64,000 nt of DNA from Parasphingorhabdus sp. (GCA_047615875.1 JBLHGU010000006.1:1771-65770); one strand, 5' to 3'. Counted from the first letter of the stretch, positions 9,451 through 19,810 are shown. Numbers and translations: made by a program. Notes: generated by a model not told the origin, from the letters alone.

Positions 9451-10296
9451 ATGACTTCAAGCGATAAAACTACCGCAATCTTACTTGAACCACGAGATGT
9501 CGAAGCCATGTTGGGTGAGACTGGCCTGGTAATTGTCGACTTATGTAAGGCAGAAACTTATCAGCAAAATCATATCCCCGGCGCGGTTCATCTTGACTAT
9601 GCCATGCTAGTAGCGGGCACGAAACCTGCACCTGGCTTGTTACCCAGCCTTGAACAGCTCAATTCCATCACTCGAACACTGGGAATTAACGAAGACAGTC
9701 GAGTGATTGCTTATGACAACGAAGGCGGCGGGCGGTCTGGCCGACTTCTGTGGACCCTGCATGTTATGGGCTTTTACCGGGTTTCGGTTATCAACGGGGG
9801 CCTGCAGGCCTGGTCTAATGAAGGATACCCTGCGGAACAAGCATCTAACTCACCTCGTGGCAATGGTAATTTTCAAGTCTCTAGCATAGAAAATAGTGCC
9901 GCTCTTGCACTGAAGGAATATGTTGTCGAGCAAGTAGACAATAGTGATAGCAGTTTTTTCGACGCCCGAACGCCAGAGGAATTTGCTGGCAGCAAAGCTT
10001 TTTCCCAGCGTGGCGGGCATATTCCCGGTGCAATAAATCTCAACTGGACCGATTGCATTGACCAGTCTAACCATATGCGTCTGAAGTCAAATCAGCAACT
10101 CACTGAACTGTTGAATCAATTAGGCTTTAGCCGAGATAAAGAAATAATTACCTACTGTCAGACCCACCACCGCTCATCCCATAGCTACATGATGTTGCTC
10201 CACCTTGGCTATCCTCGTGTTCGGGGGTACGCCGGTGCCTGGTCTGAATGGGGCAATGACCCAGAACTGCCAGTGGCAACCGGCCCCAATCCTTAA
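9451..10296 (+). CDS. Two-domain rhodanese sulfurtransferase (thiosulfate/3-mercaptopyruvate type)
   Basis: 281 aa with tandem rhodanese domains. The second carries the active-site loop YCQTHHRS, followed by AGAWSEW. Confidence 0.85.
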   Translation: MTSSDKTTAILLEPRDVEAMLGETGLVIVDLCKAETYQQNHIPGAVHLDYAMLVAGTKPAPGLLPSLEQLNSITRTLGINEDSRVIAYDNEGGGRSGRLLWTLHVMGFYRVSVINGGLQAWSNEGYPAEQASNSPRGNGNFQVSSIENSAALALKEYVVEQVDNSDSSFFDARTPEEFAGSKAFSQRGGHIPGAINLNWTDCIDQSNHMRLKSNQQLTELLNQLGFSRDKEIITYCQTHHRSSHSYMMLLHLGYPRVRGYAGAWSEWGNDPELPVATGPNP

Positions 10297-10351
10297 TGTA
10301 GTGACTTAGTCACTGGAACCCTGATAACTCGCTAATCGGACACTTACAAAC

Positions 10352-11467
10352 ATGATCGTAATTCTTCAACCCGACACCTCTGCAGAGTCGGAAAATCGTC
10401 GTAATATAATGGCCTACCTGCACGCAAAACCAGGCATCGAGCCTAAGTTGCACGAAGTTACGGGAACCCAGCACACACTCACGGAAATTTATCTGGTAGG
10501 CAATACAACCTCACTGGATAAAGTGGAAATTGAGAGCCTACCAGGAGTAGAAAGTGTCGTTCGAGTCTCCCGCAGCTATGCAGTTTTAGGTCGGCACACT
10601 GATGATACCCGGTCCGACGGATTCACTTACAATGGTGTTCGCTTTGATCAAGATTCATTAGAAGTTTTTGCCGGGCTTTGTGCGGTTGATACACCACAAC
10701 ATGTGGACAAGATGATGAAGGCCGTCAGCGAACGAGGCCTGCAATGCACACGTATGGGCGCCTATAAACCGCGTACCAACCCTTACTCATTCCAAGGACT
10801 GGAAGCAGATTGTTTACCGTGGGTTTTCGAAAGCGCAGGCAAACACGGTATAAAAGTTGTTGCAATGGAAGTCACCCACGATTCCCATGTAGACGAAATT
10901 CTGGAAACTCTGGAACAAACTGGTCACCCTACAGGCGTAATGCTCCAAATTGGCACCAGAAATACTCAGAACTTTGAGTTATTAAAGGCGGTTGGCAGAC
11001 AAAATGAGCTACCCGCATTAATAAAGCGGGGCTTTGGAATTACATTGGAAGAATCCTTGAATGCCACGGAATATCTGGCTAGCGAAGGTAACCGCAAAAT
11101 TATTTTTTGTCTGCGCGGCATGAAAACCAACATGGGTGACCCGCATAGAAACTTTGTCGACTTCAGCCATGTACCGGTGGTTAAACGGTTAACATTGATG
11201 CCAGTGTGCATTGATCCTTCACACTCTGTAGGTAGCCGTGCTGCTTGCCCCGACGGCATCCTCGACGTCTTTCATGCTACGGCCCAGGGAGTTGTTGCCG
11301 GTGCCAATATGGTACTAGTAGATTTTCATCCCGATCCACCAAAGGCATTGGTAGATGGTCCCCAGGCGCTGTTAATGAGCGAGTTAGACCATTTTCTGGA
11401 AGATATTCAAATTGCCAGGGATGCTTTCCTCAAAAGACAGGCGTTGGCAAAGGTGCATAGCTCTTAA
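10352..11467 (+). CDS. 3-deoxy-7-phosphoheptulonate (DAHP) synthase, type I-beta, with an N-terminal ferredoxin-like regulatory domain
   Basis: 371 aa. An ~80-aa N-terminal extra domain precedes a KDO8PS/DAHPS-Ibeta core with GAYKPRTNPYSFQGL, QIGTRN and DPSH motifs. Confidence 0.85.
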   Translation: MIVILQPDTSAESENRRNIMAYLHAKPGIEPKLHEVTGTQHTLTEIYLVGNTTSLDKVEIESLPGVESVVRVSRSYAVLGRHTDDTRSDGFTYNGVRFDQDSLEVFAGLCAVDTPQHVDKMMKAVSERGLQCTRMGAYKPRTNPYSFQGLEADCLPWVFESAGKHGIKVVAMEVTHDSHVDEILETLEQTGHPTGVMLQIGTRNTQNFELLKAVGRQNELPALIKRGFGITLEESLNATEYLASEGNRKIIFCLRGMKTNMGDPHRNFVDFSHVPVVKRLTLMPVCIDPSHSVGSRAACPDGILDVFHATAQGVVAGANMVLVDFHPDPPKALVDGPQALLMSELDHFLEDIQIARDAFLKRQALAKVHSS

Positions 11468-11494
11468 TAAAAATTCGACCCGGATACTATTAGA

Positions 11495-14053
11495 TCACGC
11501 ACCGCGTGGTCTAACCTGGGGAATTTTTAGCACTTCACCGGGGCTTGGGCCACGCTTGCGCAAATCTGGGTTATAACGGGTAATAACCCAGAAAGGTAAC
11601 TGAAACTTATCGGCTATACGCCAGGGACTGTCCCCAGATTTTACAATATAAGATTCAATATTCATAATCTGGTAATGTTCCTTGAACTCTTCCACCAGAA
11701 CGCGATGATAATCCTGCCTTTGCTTTTGAAATTTGGCTAACTGTTGGTCTGTTGAAACCGGCAGTTTTAATTTCTTGCCGACCTCTAGTAGCGTATCCAA
11801 CGGTAGTTTGTTTAGTGTTCGAATAGCGCTTGAGCTGCCAATACCTAGCCAGTCGGCATAGTGGCCCAACGTTTCGTCTGCTTCTACACTGATGGAGTGC
11901 TGAAAACCCGAAGTGACTTGTATTACTCGCACATCCAGATCAATTTGATTGTCCAGTGGACTAGTCGCAGCTGCACCGATCGAATCCGAATCCGATGGCG
12001 AAATTTCAGCAGGTGTTTTTATAGTCTTAGAGGTCGATTTTGCCTGAGTTTCAGCTAGTGTCGGGGGAACTTTAAGTACCTGCCCAACATAAATAACACT
12101 GTGCGTTCGCAGGTTATTAACCCGTTGAAAAGCTGGACAGTCCATATTCACTTTTCGGGCGATCTGACAGGGAGTATCGCCTGGCCTCACTTTGTAGATA
12201 CTGAAGCCGCTTTTAAAATCACTTGCTGTGGAATTTTCAATAACATTGGGGTCTGTATTGGAAAGACTGGTCACTTTCAAACTTTGGCCAACTTGTAAAA
12301 CACTACGGGAGGTCAAATTATTGGTGTGTAGAAACTTCTTACATGCCACACCCACCCGATCTGCTATTTCACAGGCGGTATCACCATGCTTTACGATATA
12401 AGCGTCTGAATTGTAGCTAGATTGGTCGTTCTTTTTCTGTGTTGATCCGCTGGATTTTGGTGTCGTCCCACCGGGTATTTTCAGGTTTTGGCCAATATAA
12501 ATGATAGATTTTTTCGTTAGTCCATTAAGATTCATTAGATCTATGCATTTGACAGCATAGGAACTGGCGATGCCACAGGGCACCTCTCCTCGTTGAACCA
12601 GGTGGACTCCGCCCAAGCCTATATTTTTGCCGTTGTTTTTCCTTGGGCTGTTTGCCTTATTCTTACCAGGAATAACCAGTGTCTGCCCTACTCTGATAAA
12701 GGCACGCTGGCCGAGTCGGTTCATATCAACTACGTCCTTACACTTAACCCGAAAGGCCCTGGCGATACCACATGCCGTGTCGCCCTTTCGCACAATATAT
12801 TTTGCTGGTCGGCGACTATCATCTTCTGCCGGCAAAGAACGTAATGCGGCGGCATGTGTCCCCCATCTGTCACCTCGATAGGGCAAACGTAAACGATACC
12901 CCTTTGGTACTAAACGCCAGCCATGCCAGACGAAACGTGTAAGAGCTCGATTTAGTGGTTTAATCTGTTCCTCGGATAAACTAAATATACGCATAATCCT
13001 TTGCATGGAAGTATCTCTTTTCAACACCACCGTATTATACTTTAGTGGTGCATCAGGTTTAACTTTACCAAAATACTTTTCAGCATTTTTTGCCACGTGT
13101 CGCGCTGCAAGAAAACTTGAGTAAAAGTTCTTCACTGCTACCTGAAAACTGGGTGTTTTATGGTTATTCAATACGGTTATAAAGTCCGGACCGTATTTTT
13201 GCAAGGCACGTCGCATACCATTTACGCCATAGTTATACGACGTTATTACAAAAGGGGTTAGCTCACCGTCGGATACATCAGGCTTTATTCCGCGTGCAAC
13301 TTTAGTTAACCTGTTTCTCGCATCTTTTAAATATCTAGCTGCACCAATACTCGCAGCCTCCAGATCCAGTCGCTCGTCGACCGTTGCGTTTAATTCCAAG
13401 CCCAGCACTCGGGCTGTACGAGGCATAATTTGCCATAGACCAGCAGCCCCAACCCGTGAGTATGCCCGTGGGTTGTAGAGTGACTCAACAAAAGGCAGGT
13501 AATGAATATCCGTCGGCAACCCTGCGTCGACAATGAATTTATTCACTAATTTGCCGTAAGCACCATAGCGCTTCAATGCATTCTGAAAACGATCCCGATT
13601 GCCCTGCTGACATCGAATGCGATTAGCTGCGGACCGTATAGATTTGGCTGACTTCTCGGGGAATAACGCCAAAATAGCTTTTCCCTCCTTTGAAGTTGGC
13701 TTACTACCCTTGGCAACCAGGTTGGCTACTTTTTTTAGCTGCCCCTTTATTCGCTCACGTTCGCGCTTGACAGCTTTTTGCTTGGTACCACAATTAGCCG
13801 TCTTGATGACCGAGTACACCCTTTCAGGGTATAAAGAATCATGCAAAATTCCATATTTGGAATCCCATTTGCTATATACATGAATCCAGAAATCGGTACG
13901 TCGACGCAATTCGCCAGGACAGGGGAAATCCGCACCACAGGCCAGGTTATGCTTGGCTACCGTTACAACTGCATGGGACTGAACTGACCACAGGAAACCA
14001 ACGGCCAGCACTAGAATAGCTGTTATGTGTCGAATAGCAGATTTAATAACCAT
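11495..14053 (-). CDS. mltD: Membrane-bound lytic murein transglycosylase D-like protein with six LysM modules
   Basis: SLT catalytic block (FVESLYNPRAYSRVGAAGLWQIMPRTA) followed by 6 LysM-like repeats. I place the start at the internal ATG 14053, which is followed by a signal-like MVIKSAIRHITAILVLAVGFLWSVQSHA. The ORF track extends to 14206. Confidence 0.85.
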   Translation of the reverse strand: MVIKSAIRHITAILVLAVGFLWSVQSHAVVTVAKHNLACGADFPCPGELRRRTDFWIHVYSKWDSKYGILHDSLYPERVYSVIKTANCGTKQKAVKRERERIKGQLKKVANLVAKGSKPTSKEGKAILALFPEKSAKSIRSAANRIRCQQGNRDRFQNALKRYGAYGKLVNKFIVDAGLPTDIHYLPFVESLYNPRAYSRVGAAGLWQIMPRTARVLGLELNATVDERLDLEAASIGAARYLKDARNRLTKVARGIKPDVSDGELTPFVITSYNYGVNGMRRALQKYGPDFITVLNNHKTPSFQVAVKNFYSSFLAARHVAKNAEKYFGKVKPDAPLKYNTVVLKRDTSMQRIMRIFSLSEEQIKPLNRALTRFVWHGWRLVPKGYRLRLPYRGDRWGTHAAALRSLPAEDDSRRPAKYIVRKGDTACGIARAFRVKCKDVVDMNRLGQRAFIRVGQTLVIPGKNKANSPRKNNGKNIGLGGVHLVQRGEVPCGIASSYAVKCIDLMNLNGLTKKSIIYIGQNLKIPGGTTPKSSGSTQKKNDQSSYNSDAYIVKHGDTACEIADRVGVACKKFLHTNNLTSRSVLQVGQSLKVTSLSNTDPNVIENSTASDFKSGFSIYKVRPGDTPCQIARKVNMDCPAFQRVNNLRTHSVIYVGQVLKVPPTLAETQAKSTSKTIKTPAEISPSDSDSIGAAATSPLDNQIDLDVRVIQVTSGFQHSISVEADETLGHYADWLGIGSSSAIRTLNKLPLDTLLEVGKKLKLPVSTDQQLAKFQKQRQDYHRVLVEEFKEHYQIMNIESYIVKSGDSPWRIADKFQLPFWVITRYNPDLRKRGPSPGEVLKIPQVRPRGA
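11519..12799 (-). repeat. Array of six LysM-coding modules inside mltD; the first four (12065-12799) each carry a Cys pair at i/i+10
   Basis: Protein-level repeats: YIVRKGDTACGIARAFRVKC, HLVQRGEVPCGIASSYAVKC, YIVKHGDTACEIADRVGVAC, YKVRPGDTPCQIARKVNMDC. Two Cys-free modules follow (VEADETLGHYADWLG, VKSGDSPWRIADKF). Confidence 0.8.
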
Positions 14054-14375
14054 GTTTTCAACATAGTTTATTGATTTATATTTATTCAAGTAATGATTTA
14101 TTATAATAAAGTTGCTTTGGAAGCCTCCGGTAATTTCATTTGAAAAATGCCGGAAGGTTGGAGCCCCACCCCAAATCAGGGCATCGAAATAACCTGAACG
14201 ACACAATCCTACCAGTAAACATCAATGGTTAAAACGCCTGCGGTGAGGATAATAGATAATAAGGCCGTAACATGACTGAATTTGATAAAATAACCCGAGT
14301 GCATCCCCGATTCTTTTCGGCACATTGACTTAAATCAGGGCTTAAAAGAAACAATACTCGAACAAGAGGTCCTCC

Positions 14376-15899
14376 ATGCCAATCATCAAACAAGAAGATT
14401 TTATCTCCAGCGTTGCAGATGCGCTGCAATATATCTCTTATTATCACCCCACAGATTTCATTACTGCAATGTCCGCAGCCTATGAAAAAGAGCAGTCTAA
14501 ATCTGCCCGGGGTGCTATCGCGCAAATATTACTCAACTCAAAAATGTCAGCAGAAGGCCACCGACCGGTATGCCAGGACACAGGCATTGTTGTCGCCTTC
14601 GTTAAAATTGGTATGCAAGCCCGGTTCGAGGGCAATTCAACCATTCAGGAGATGGTTGATGAGGGCGTGCGTCAAGCCTACACAAATACAGATAACCCTT
14701 TGCGAGCTTCGGTCGTTTACCCACCCATCGGTGGCAGGATAAACACTGGCGACAACACGCCAGCGGTTGTACATATTGACATGGTGCAAGGGCAAGACGT
14801 CGATATAACAGTCGCCGCGAAAGGTGGCGGGTCTGAGAATAAATCCAAATTCGCAATACTTAATCCCAGCGATGATCTGGTGCAATGGGTGGTAGACACG
14901 ATGCCTAAACTCGGTGCCGGCTGGTGCCCGCCAGGAATTCTTGGGCTAGGCATCGGTGGTACAGCGGAAAAAGCCATGGTGTTGGCGAAAGAGGCTTTGA
15001 TGGATCCAGTAGATATTCAGGAACTGATTGCTCAAGGTCCGGAGTCAAAGGAAGATGAGCTACGTCTAAAAATTTATGACGCTGTTAATGCATTGGGCAT
15101 TGGTGCACAAGGACTGGGTGGCATAACCACATTGCTTGATGTGAAAATCAAACAATACGCAACTCATGCAGCCAGTCTACCCGTCGCTCTGATTCCCAAT
15201 TGCGCGGCCACCCGTCATGTACATTTCAAACTAACAGGAACGGGCCCTGCTGTACTTATACCGCCTTCTCTCGACGCTTGGCCAGATATTGTTCTGGACA
15301 GTAGTGATGCAGGTCGTCGGGTTGATCTCAACTCATTGTCGTCTGAAGATACTCGGCAATGGAAAAATGGCGAAACGCTATTATTGTCCGGAACGATTCT
15401 AACCGGCAGAGACGCAGCACATAAGCGAATGGCGGAATTATTCGCTAACGGTAAACCATTACCCGATGGAGTAGATTTCACTAACAAATTCATCTATTAC
15501 GTCGGCCCGGTCGACCCAGTCGGCGATGAAGCTGTTGGTCCGGCTGGTCCCACCACGGCCACCCGTATGGATAAGTTTACCGACACCATGCTGGAGCACA
15601 CTGGTCTGCTCGGCATGATTGGCAAAGCCGAACGTGGAGATGCGACTATTGGCAGTCTAAAAAAGCATCGAGCGGTATATTTAATTGCTGTTGGCGGGGC
15701 GGCCTATCTGGTTTCCAAAGCCATCAAGAAATCACGCGTTATTGCGTTCGAAGATTTAGGCATGGAAGCAATTTATGAATTTCAGGTAGAGGATATGCCT
15801 GTCACTGTCGCGGTCGATAGCAATGGAGATTCTGTGCATAAAATAGGCCCGGCAATCTGGAAAGACCGCATCACCGGCATCCCTATTAAGGTAGCATAA
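14376..15899 (+). CDS. fumA: Class I (Fe-S dependent) fumarate hydratase
   Basis: 507 aa with fused N- and C-terminal fumarase class I domains. It has the CQDTGIVV motif and a GGAAYL C-terminal domain. Confidence 0.9.
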   Translation: MPIIKQEDFISSVADALQYISYYHPTDFITAMSAAYEKEQSKSARGAIAQILLNSKMSAEGHRPVCQDTGIVVAFVKIGMQARFEGNSTIQEMVDEGVRQAYTNTDNPLRASVVYPPIGGRINTGDNTPAVVHIDMVQGQDVDITVAAKGGGSENKSKFAILNPSDDLVQWVVDTMPKLGAGWCPPGILGLGIGGTAEKAMVLAKEALMDPVDIQELIAQGPESKEDELRLKIYDAVNALGIGAQGLGGITTLLDVKIKQYATHAASLPVALIPNCAATRHVHFKLTGTGPAVLIPPSLDAWPDIVLDSSDAGRRVDLNSLSSEDTRQWKNGETLLLSGTILTGRDAAHKRMAELFANGKPLPDGVDFTNKFIYYVGPVDPVGDEAVGPAGPTTATRMDKFTDTMLEHTGLLGMIGKAERGDATIGSLKKHRAVYLIAVGGAAYLVSKAIKKSRVIAFEDLGMEAIYEFQVEDMPVTVAVDSNGDSVHKIGPAIWKDRITGIPIKVA

Positions 15900-15932
15900 G
15901 CCAACTGAATACTTAACCCGAGGAGAAACCTG

Positions 15933-16316
15933 ATGAATATGGAAAAGGTATTATTTGCGTTTTTCATTTTACTGGCTCTAACGCTCAATTTCGGTTTTTT
16001 CATAGGCGATATGACAGACCCCGATCAGCATCATTCTTATGAGTTGTTCGCGGCTTTAGTAGTTAGTTTGATAGCCACCGTAATGAAGTTTGGTGATCGA
16101 ACAGCAATGGGCTCGGTATTGCTAGCGGCCAGCCTGGTAGCAGATCTACAATTGCTGGCGGCGGCTCTGGTTTGGGGCATTGTTGTCTACGGTATGCAAT
16201 TGCAGATGTCGACTGGCGTTATCGCCAGCATTGTTTCCATGTCTGGTGGCGCATTACTGGCCAATTTGGTGTCAGTTGTTCTACTAATTATGGAGACATT
16301 TGTGGCTCGACGCTGA
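15933..16316 (+). CDS. Small 4-TM membrane protein of unknown function
   Basis: 127 aa, hydrophobic throughout. Its stop TGA (16314-16316) overlaps the ATG (16316-16318) of the K+ channel gene. Confidence 0.5.
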   Translation: MNMEKVLFAFFILLALTLNFGFFIGDMTDPDQHHSYELFAALVVSLIATVMKFGDRTAMGSVLLAASLVADLQLLAAALVWGIVVYGMQLQMSTGVIASIVSMSGGALLANLVSVVLLIMETFVARR

Positions 16317-18025
16317 TGACACAGCCAGCAACTTATCTACCCAGCGTAGTCTTTCTGGTTTTCAGAAGACTACGGGCCCCTCTGATCGTTCTGATCATTG
16401 TCTATGCTATTTCTATTTTGGGATTCACACTGGTTCCTGGTCAGGATGATCAAGGCAATGAATGGCAAATGGATTTTTTCCACGCGACCTATTTCGTCAG
16501 TTATATGGGCTCCACTATAGGATTTGGCGAACTACCTTACCCGTTTACCGGGGCACAAAGACTCTGGACGCTGTTCACGATCTACGCAACCGTATTTGCG
16601 TGGCTTTATGCCATAGGTACGCTTATCTCTTTGATGCAGGACAGAGCATTACAAACAGCTATCGGACGCATTCGTAGTCAGAGCCAAATACGGCGTCTTA
16701 AAGAACCATTTTATCTTATATGCGGTTATGGTGATGTAGGGCGGCTCATAACTCGCCTTTTGGCTGAAACAGGCATACGAACAGTCGTAATTGAAGAAAA
16801 CGAACAATCATTAAATCGACTTAAACTTGAGGACATCAGTTTTACGGTACCGGCGTTTTGCGCTGATGCAACTATTGCTGAAAATTTGCTTCTTGGTGGC
16901 CTAATGCACCAACTATGTCGCGGTGTGATAGCCGTTACTGGAGACGAACAGGAAAATTTAAAAATTGCCATTGCGAGCAAACTACTCAACCCGCAGCTGC
17001 CATTAATTTGCCGAACGATCACCGATGATACTGCGGCAAATATGCACTCCTTCGGCACCGATCATATAGTCAATCCATTTAACACCTTCGCCTGGCATTT
17101 TGGTTTAGCGTTCAGTTCACCTGGATTACATTTACTCAATGACTGGCTAAGTAAAACAGAGTATCAGAAATTAAATGAACCCGTATTCCCACCCAAAGGG
17201 CGTTGGATTCTTTGTGGTTATGGAAAATTTGGCAAAGTGATGGAAAAACACCTGGTTCGTCAAGGAAACACTGTCACCATTATTGATATCAACCCAACAC
17301 TGTCAGGAGCACCAGCTGATAGCATTATTGGTCGTGGCACCGAAGCCGAAACTTTGCATCAGGCAAGTGTGAACGAGGCAGTAGGTGTAATTGCCGGAAC
17401 CGATCATGACGCTAATAACTTATCCATAGTTGTTACCGCGAAAGAACTAAACAAGCAACTTTTCTGTGTTGCCAGGCAGAATCTGAATCATAATAATGCA
17501 TTGTTTGACGCTGCAAATATTAACATGGTGCTAAATCAGAACAGGGTTATTGCAAGTCGCGTAATCAGTTTACTAACGACACAACTAACGACCGACTTCC
17601 TGAGAATGGCGAACGAACAATCGGCACAATGGTCCAATATATTAATAAGTCGTATTGCAGGTGTGGTTGACTCCACTGCGCCCTCGACCTGGGTTATGAA
17701 AATTGGGCCAGCAGATATGCCAGCAGTACTGGATGCATTAAACTCCGCCCAGGTGGTGAAGATCAAGCATCTGCTGGCTCAACCTTCGAACCGGAAAAAT
17801 AGTGTCGATAGCATTGTGCTGATGTTACGCCGAGGCAAATCAAACTCCATTATTCCTGATCCGAATACTGCGCTTAAGCCAGGGGATCAGATACTATTTT
17901 GTGGTGATAAGGAGGCTAAATCGACCATTAGCCGATCTACTGGCAATCAAAACCTTATGAACTACATTTTAACTGGCACCAATAGACCTGTCGGCACATT
18001 CTGGAAATGGGTAAGTAAAACATGA
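16316..18025 (+). CDS. 2-TM potassium channel with two RCK/TrkA-N domains
   Basis: Pore helix and filter YMGSTIGFGELP flanked by TM helices. Two Rossmann motifs are present (ICGYGDVGRL, LCGYGKFGKV). I use the in-frame ATG at 16316 rather than the ORF-track start 16172, which overlaps the previous gene by 145 nt. Confidence 0.85.
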   Translation: MTQPATYLPSVVFLVFRRLRAPLIVLIIVYAISILGFTLVPGQDDQGNEWQMDFFHATYFVSYMGSTIGFGELPYPFTGAQRLWTLFTIYATVFAWLYAIGTLISLMQDRALQTAIGRIRSQSQIRRLKEPFYLICGYGDVGRLITRLLAETGIRTVVIEENEQSLNRLKLEDISFTVPAFCADATIAENLLLGGLMHQLCRGVIAVTGDEQENLKIAIASKLLNPQLPLICRTITDDTAANMHSFGTDHIVNPFNTFAWHFGLAFSSPGLHLLNDWLSKTEYQKLNEPVFPPKGRWILCGYGKFGKVMEKHLVRQGNTVTIIDINPTLSGAPADSIIGRGTEAETLHQASVNEAVGVIAGTDHDANNLSIVVTAKELNKQLFCVARQNLNHNNALFDAANINMVLNQNRVIASRVISLLTTQLTTDFLRMANEQSAQWSNILISRIAGVVDSTAPSTWVMKIGPADMPAVLDALNSAQVVKIKHLLAQPSNRKNSVDSIVLMLRRGKSNSIIPDPNTALKPGDQILFCGDKEAKSTISRSTGNQNLMNYILTGTNRPVGTFWKWVSKT

Positions 18026-19062
18026 ATAGATTAATCATAGGCCTGATTTCACTGGTTAGCGCATGCTTGTCAGTATCATCCGCATTGGGCTCAAACGATT
18101 CCCAGCATGAGGTTGGCGCCTATCTTGGTGCACGGGAATCAGTTCATCCTGACTGGTTCAAGGAAAGTTTTCTTGATCTGGAAGAGGATATCGCAGAGGC
18201 CACCGAACAAAACAAGAGGCTCGTTTTGTATTTCTGGCAACCCGGTTGTCCTTATTGTGCAGAGCTAACCCAGAATAACTTTGCACAACGTGACATTGCT
18301 GATCGCATGCAGGAGCAATTTGATCTGGTTGCGATCAATATGTGGGGGGATCGGGAAGTTATCCAGATTGGTGGTAAATTTTTCTCGGAAAAAACCCTGG
18401 CAGAAGCCCTGGGTGTACGTTACACCCCCACCATAATTTTCTTTACCGAAGAACAGAAAGTATCCCTTCGTCTTGACGGCTATGTGCCACCTGAACGTTA
18501 TCGCCTGGCAATGGACTACGTTAATCGACATCTCGAAAGTCAAACCAGCTACCGCGATTTTATTGCAACCCAAACACCGGTAGCTTCCAGCGGCAAACTA
18601 CATATTGAAAGCTTCACTCTCAAACCACCTTACAATCTCACATCAGCAACCAGACCAATCGCTGTTTATTTTGAACAAAAACAATGCACACAATGTGACA
18701 TCCTGCACTCAAAAATCTTGTCCGATCCAATGACTCGTCAACTAGCCGAACAGTTTGACACGGTTCAACTGGATATGTGGTCTGATCAGGAAGTCGTCAA
18801 ACCAGACGGAAATAACATCACAGCAAGACAATGGGCTTCAGAGTTAGGCGTGAGTTACGCACCATCTATGCTATTTTTTAATACAGAGGGAAAAGAAATT
18901 ATGCGCATAGACTCTTTACTTAAAACTTTCCATACCCAGTCAGTTTTCGATTACGTATTAAGCAAATCATATCTAAAAGAAATTAATTTCCAACGTTACA
19001 TCTCTGCGCGAGCTGAACACTTGCGTGAGCAGGGTGTTGATGTTGATATTTGGAGTTATTAA
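18022..19062 (+). CDS. Secreted tandem thioredoxin-fold protein (two CxxC domains)
   Basis: 346 aa with a signal-like N-terminus. There is a clear internal duplication: [16 protein letters not shown]...MWGDREV...YTPTIIFF versus [16 protein letters not shown]...MWSDQEV...YAPSMLFF. Its ATG overlaps the channel stop (ATGA). Confidence 0.75.
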   Translation: MNRLIIGLISLVSACLSVSSALGSNDSQHEVGAYLGARESVHPDWFKESFLDLEEDIAEATEQNKRLVLYFWQPGCPYCAELTQNNFAQRDIADRMQEQFDLVAINMWGDREVIQIGGKFFSEKTLAEALGVRYTPTIIFFTEEQKVSLRLDGYVPPERYRLAMDYVNRHLESQTSYRDFIATQTPVASSGKLHIESFTLKPPYNLTSATRPIAVYFEQKQCTQCDILHSKILSDPMTRQLAEQFDTVQLDMWSDQEVVKPDGNNITARQWASELGVSYAPSMLFFNTEGKEIMRIDSLLKTFHTQSVFDYVLSKSYLKEINFQRYISARAEHLREQGVDVDIWSY

Positions 19063-19712
19063 ATACATTCCACCCCACTTGCAGAGCCCACTAAAAGAAC
19101 GTCCGCTGGTCGAATAGCAAATAGTCCATTGGTAACGACACCTGGAATATTATTGATACCCTGTTCAGTTACAAGTGGATCTACAATGGACATATTTTTG
19201 ACGTCTAGAATAATATTCCCGTTGTCAGTGACAAAACCATCTCTCAACTGCGGCTGTCCGCCGAATTTGTAAAGTTGGCGAGCGACAAGGCTTTGCGCCA
19301 TGGGCAACACTTCGACCGGTAAAGGAAACTCGCCCAGCACTTTTACCACCTTCGAACTATCAACGATACAAATGAATTTTTCGCTCGCTGCAGCGACAAT
19401 CTTTTCCCGTGTCAGTGCCCCTCCGCCGCCTTTGATTAATCGCAGGTTTCGATCTGACTCATCGGCCCCATCAATATAAACTCTAAGATTGCCTGTGGCA
19501 TTCAGATCCAGAACCGGAATACCATGCTGTTTCAGAAGTAACGTGCTTGCTTCGGAGCTAGATACCGCTCCATCAATCTTGCCTTTTACTTTGGCGAGTT
19601 TTTCTATAAAAAAGTTCACGGTAGAACCGGTACCAACACCAATAATATCGCCAACTTCTATATAATCGAGGGCCGCTTGCGCGACGGCTGCTTTCATTTC
19701 ATTTTGATTCAC
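19059..19712 (-). CDS. rpiA: Ribose-5-phosphate isomerase A
   Basis: 217 aa with GVGTGST, DGADE and [11 protein letters not shown] motifs. Confidence 0.95.
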   Translation of the reverse strand: MNQNEMKAAVAQAALDYIEVGDIIGVGTGSTVNFFIEKLAKVKGKIDGAVSSSEASTLLLKQHGIPVLDLNATGNLRVYIDGADESDRNLRLIKGGGGALTREKIVAAASEKFICIVDSSKVVKVLGEFPLPVEVLPMAQSLVARQLYKFGGQPQLRDGFVTDNGNIILDVKNMSIVDPLVTEQGINNIPGVVTNGLFAIRPADVLLVGSASGVECI

Positions 19713-19810
19713 CAGACTCTCCGGGGCAACGTATTCAAACGGCTATTATCCTACACAGGATATGCTTCGACATTACGATCTCTATTTTATTTTTCAATTC
19801 TGATCAAACT

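Noticed and set aside
14054-14206. 51-codon N-terminal extension of the MltD-like ORF.
   Set aside because: The extension has no signal peptide, whereas Met52 is followed by a classical signal or lipoprotein-like hydrophobic segment. The extension would also consume most of the divergent fumA promoter region.
16172-16315. 48-codon upstream extension of the K+ channel ORF.
   Set aside because: It overlaps the preceding membrane-protein gene in another frame and encodes an implausible Cys/Trp/Arg-rich leader. The in-frame ATG at 16316 gives a TGATG coupling and a normal channel N-terminus.
19059-19062. The stop codons of the thioredoxin-like gene (+) and rpiA (-) overlap (TTAA).
   Set aside because: The overlap is real, but it is most simply genome compaction. 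There is no evidence of regulatory meaning.
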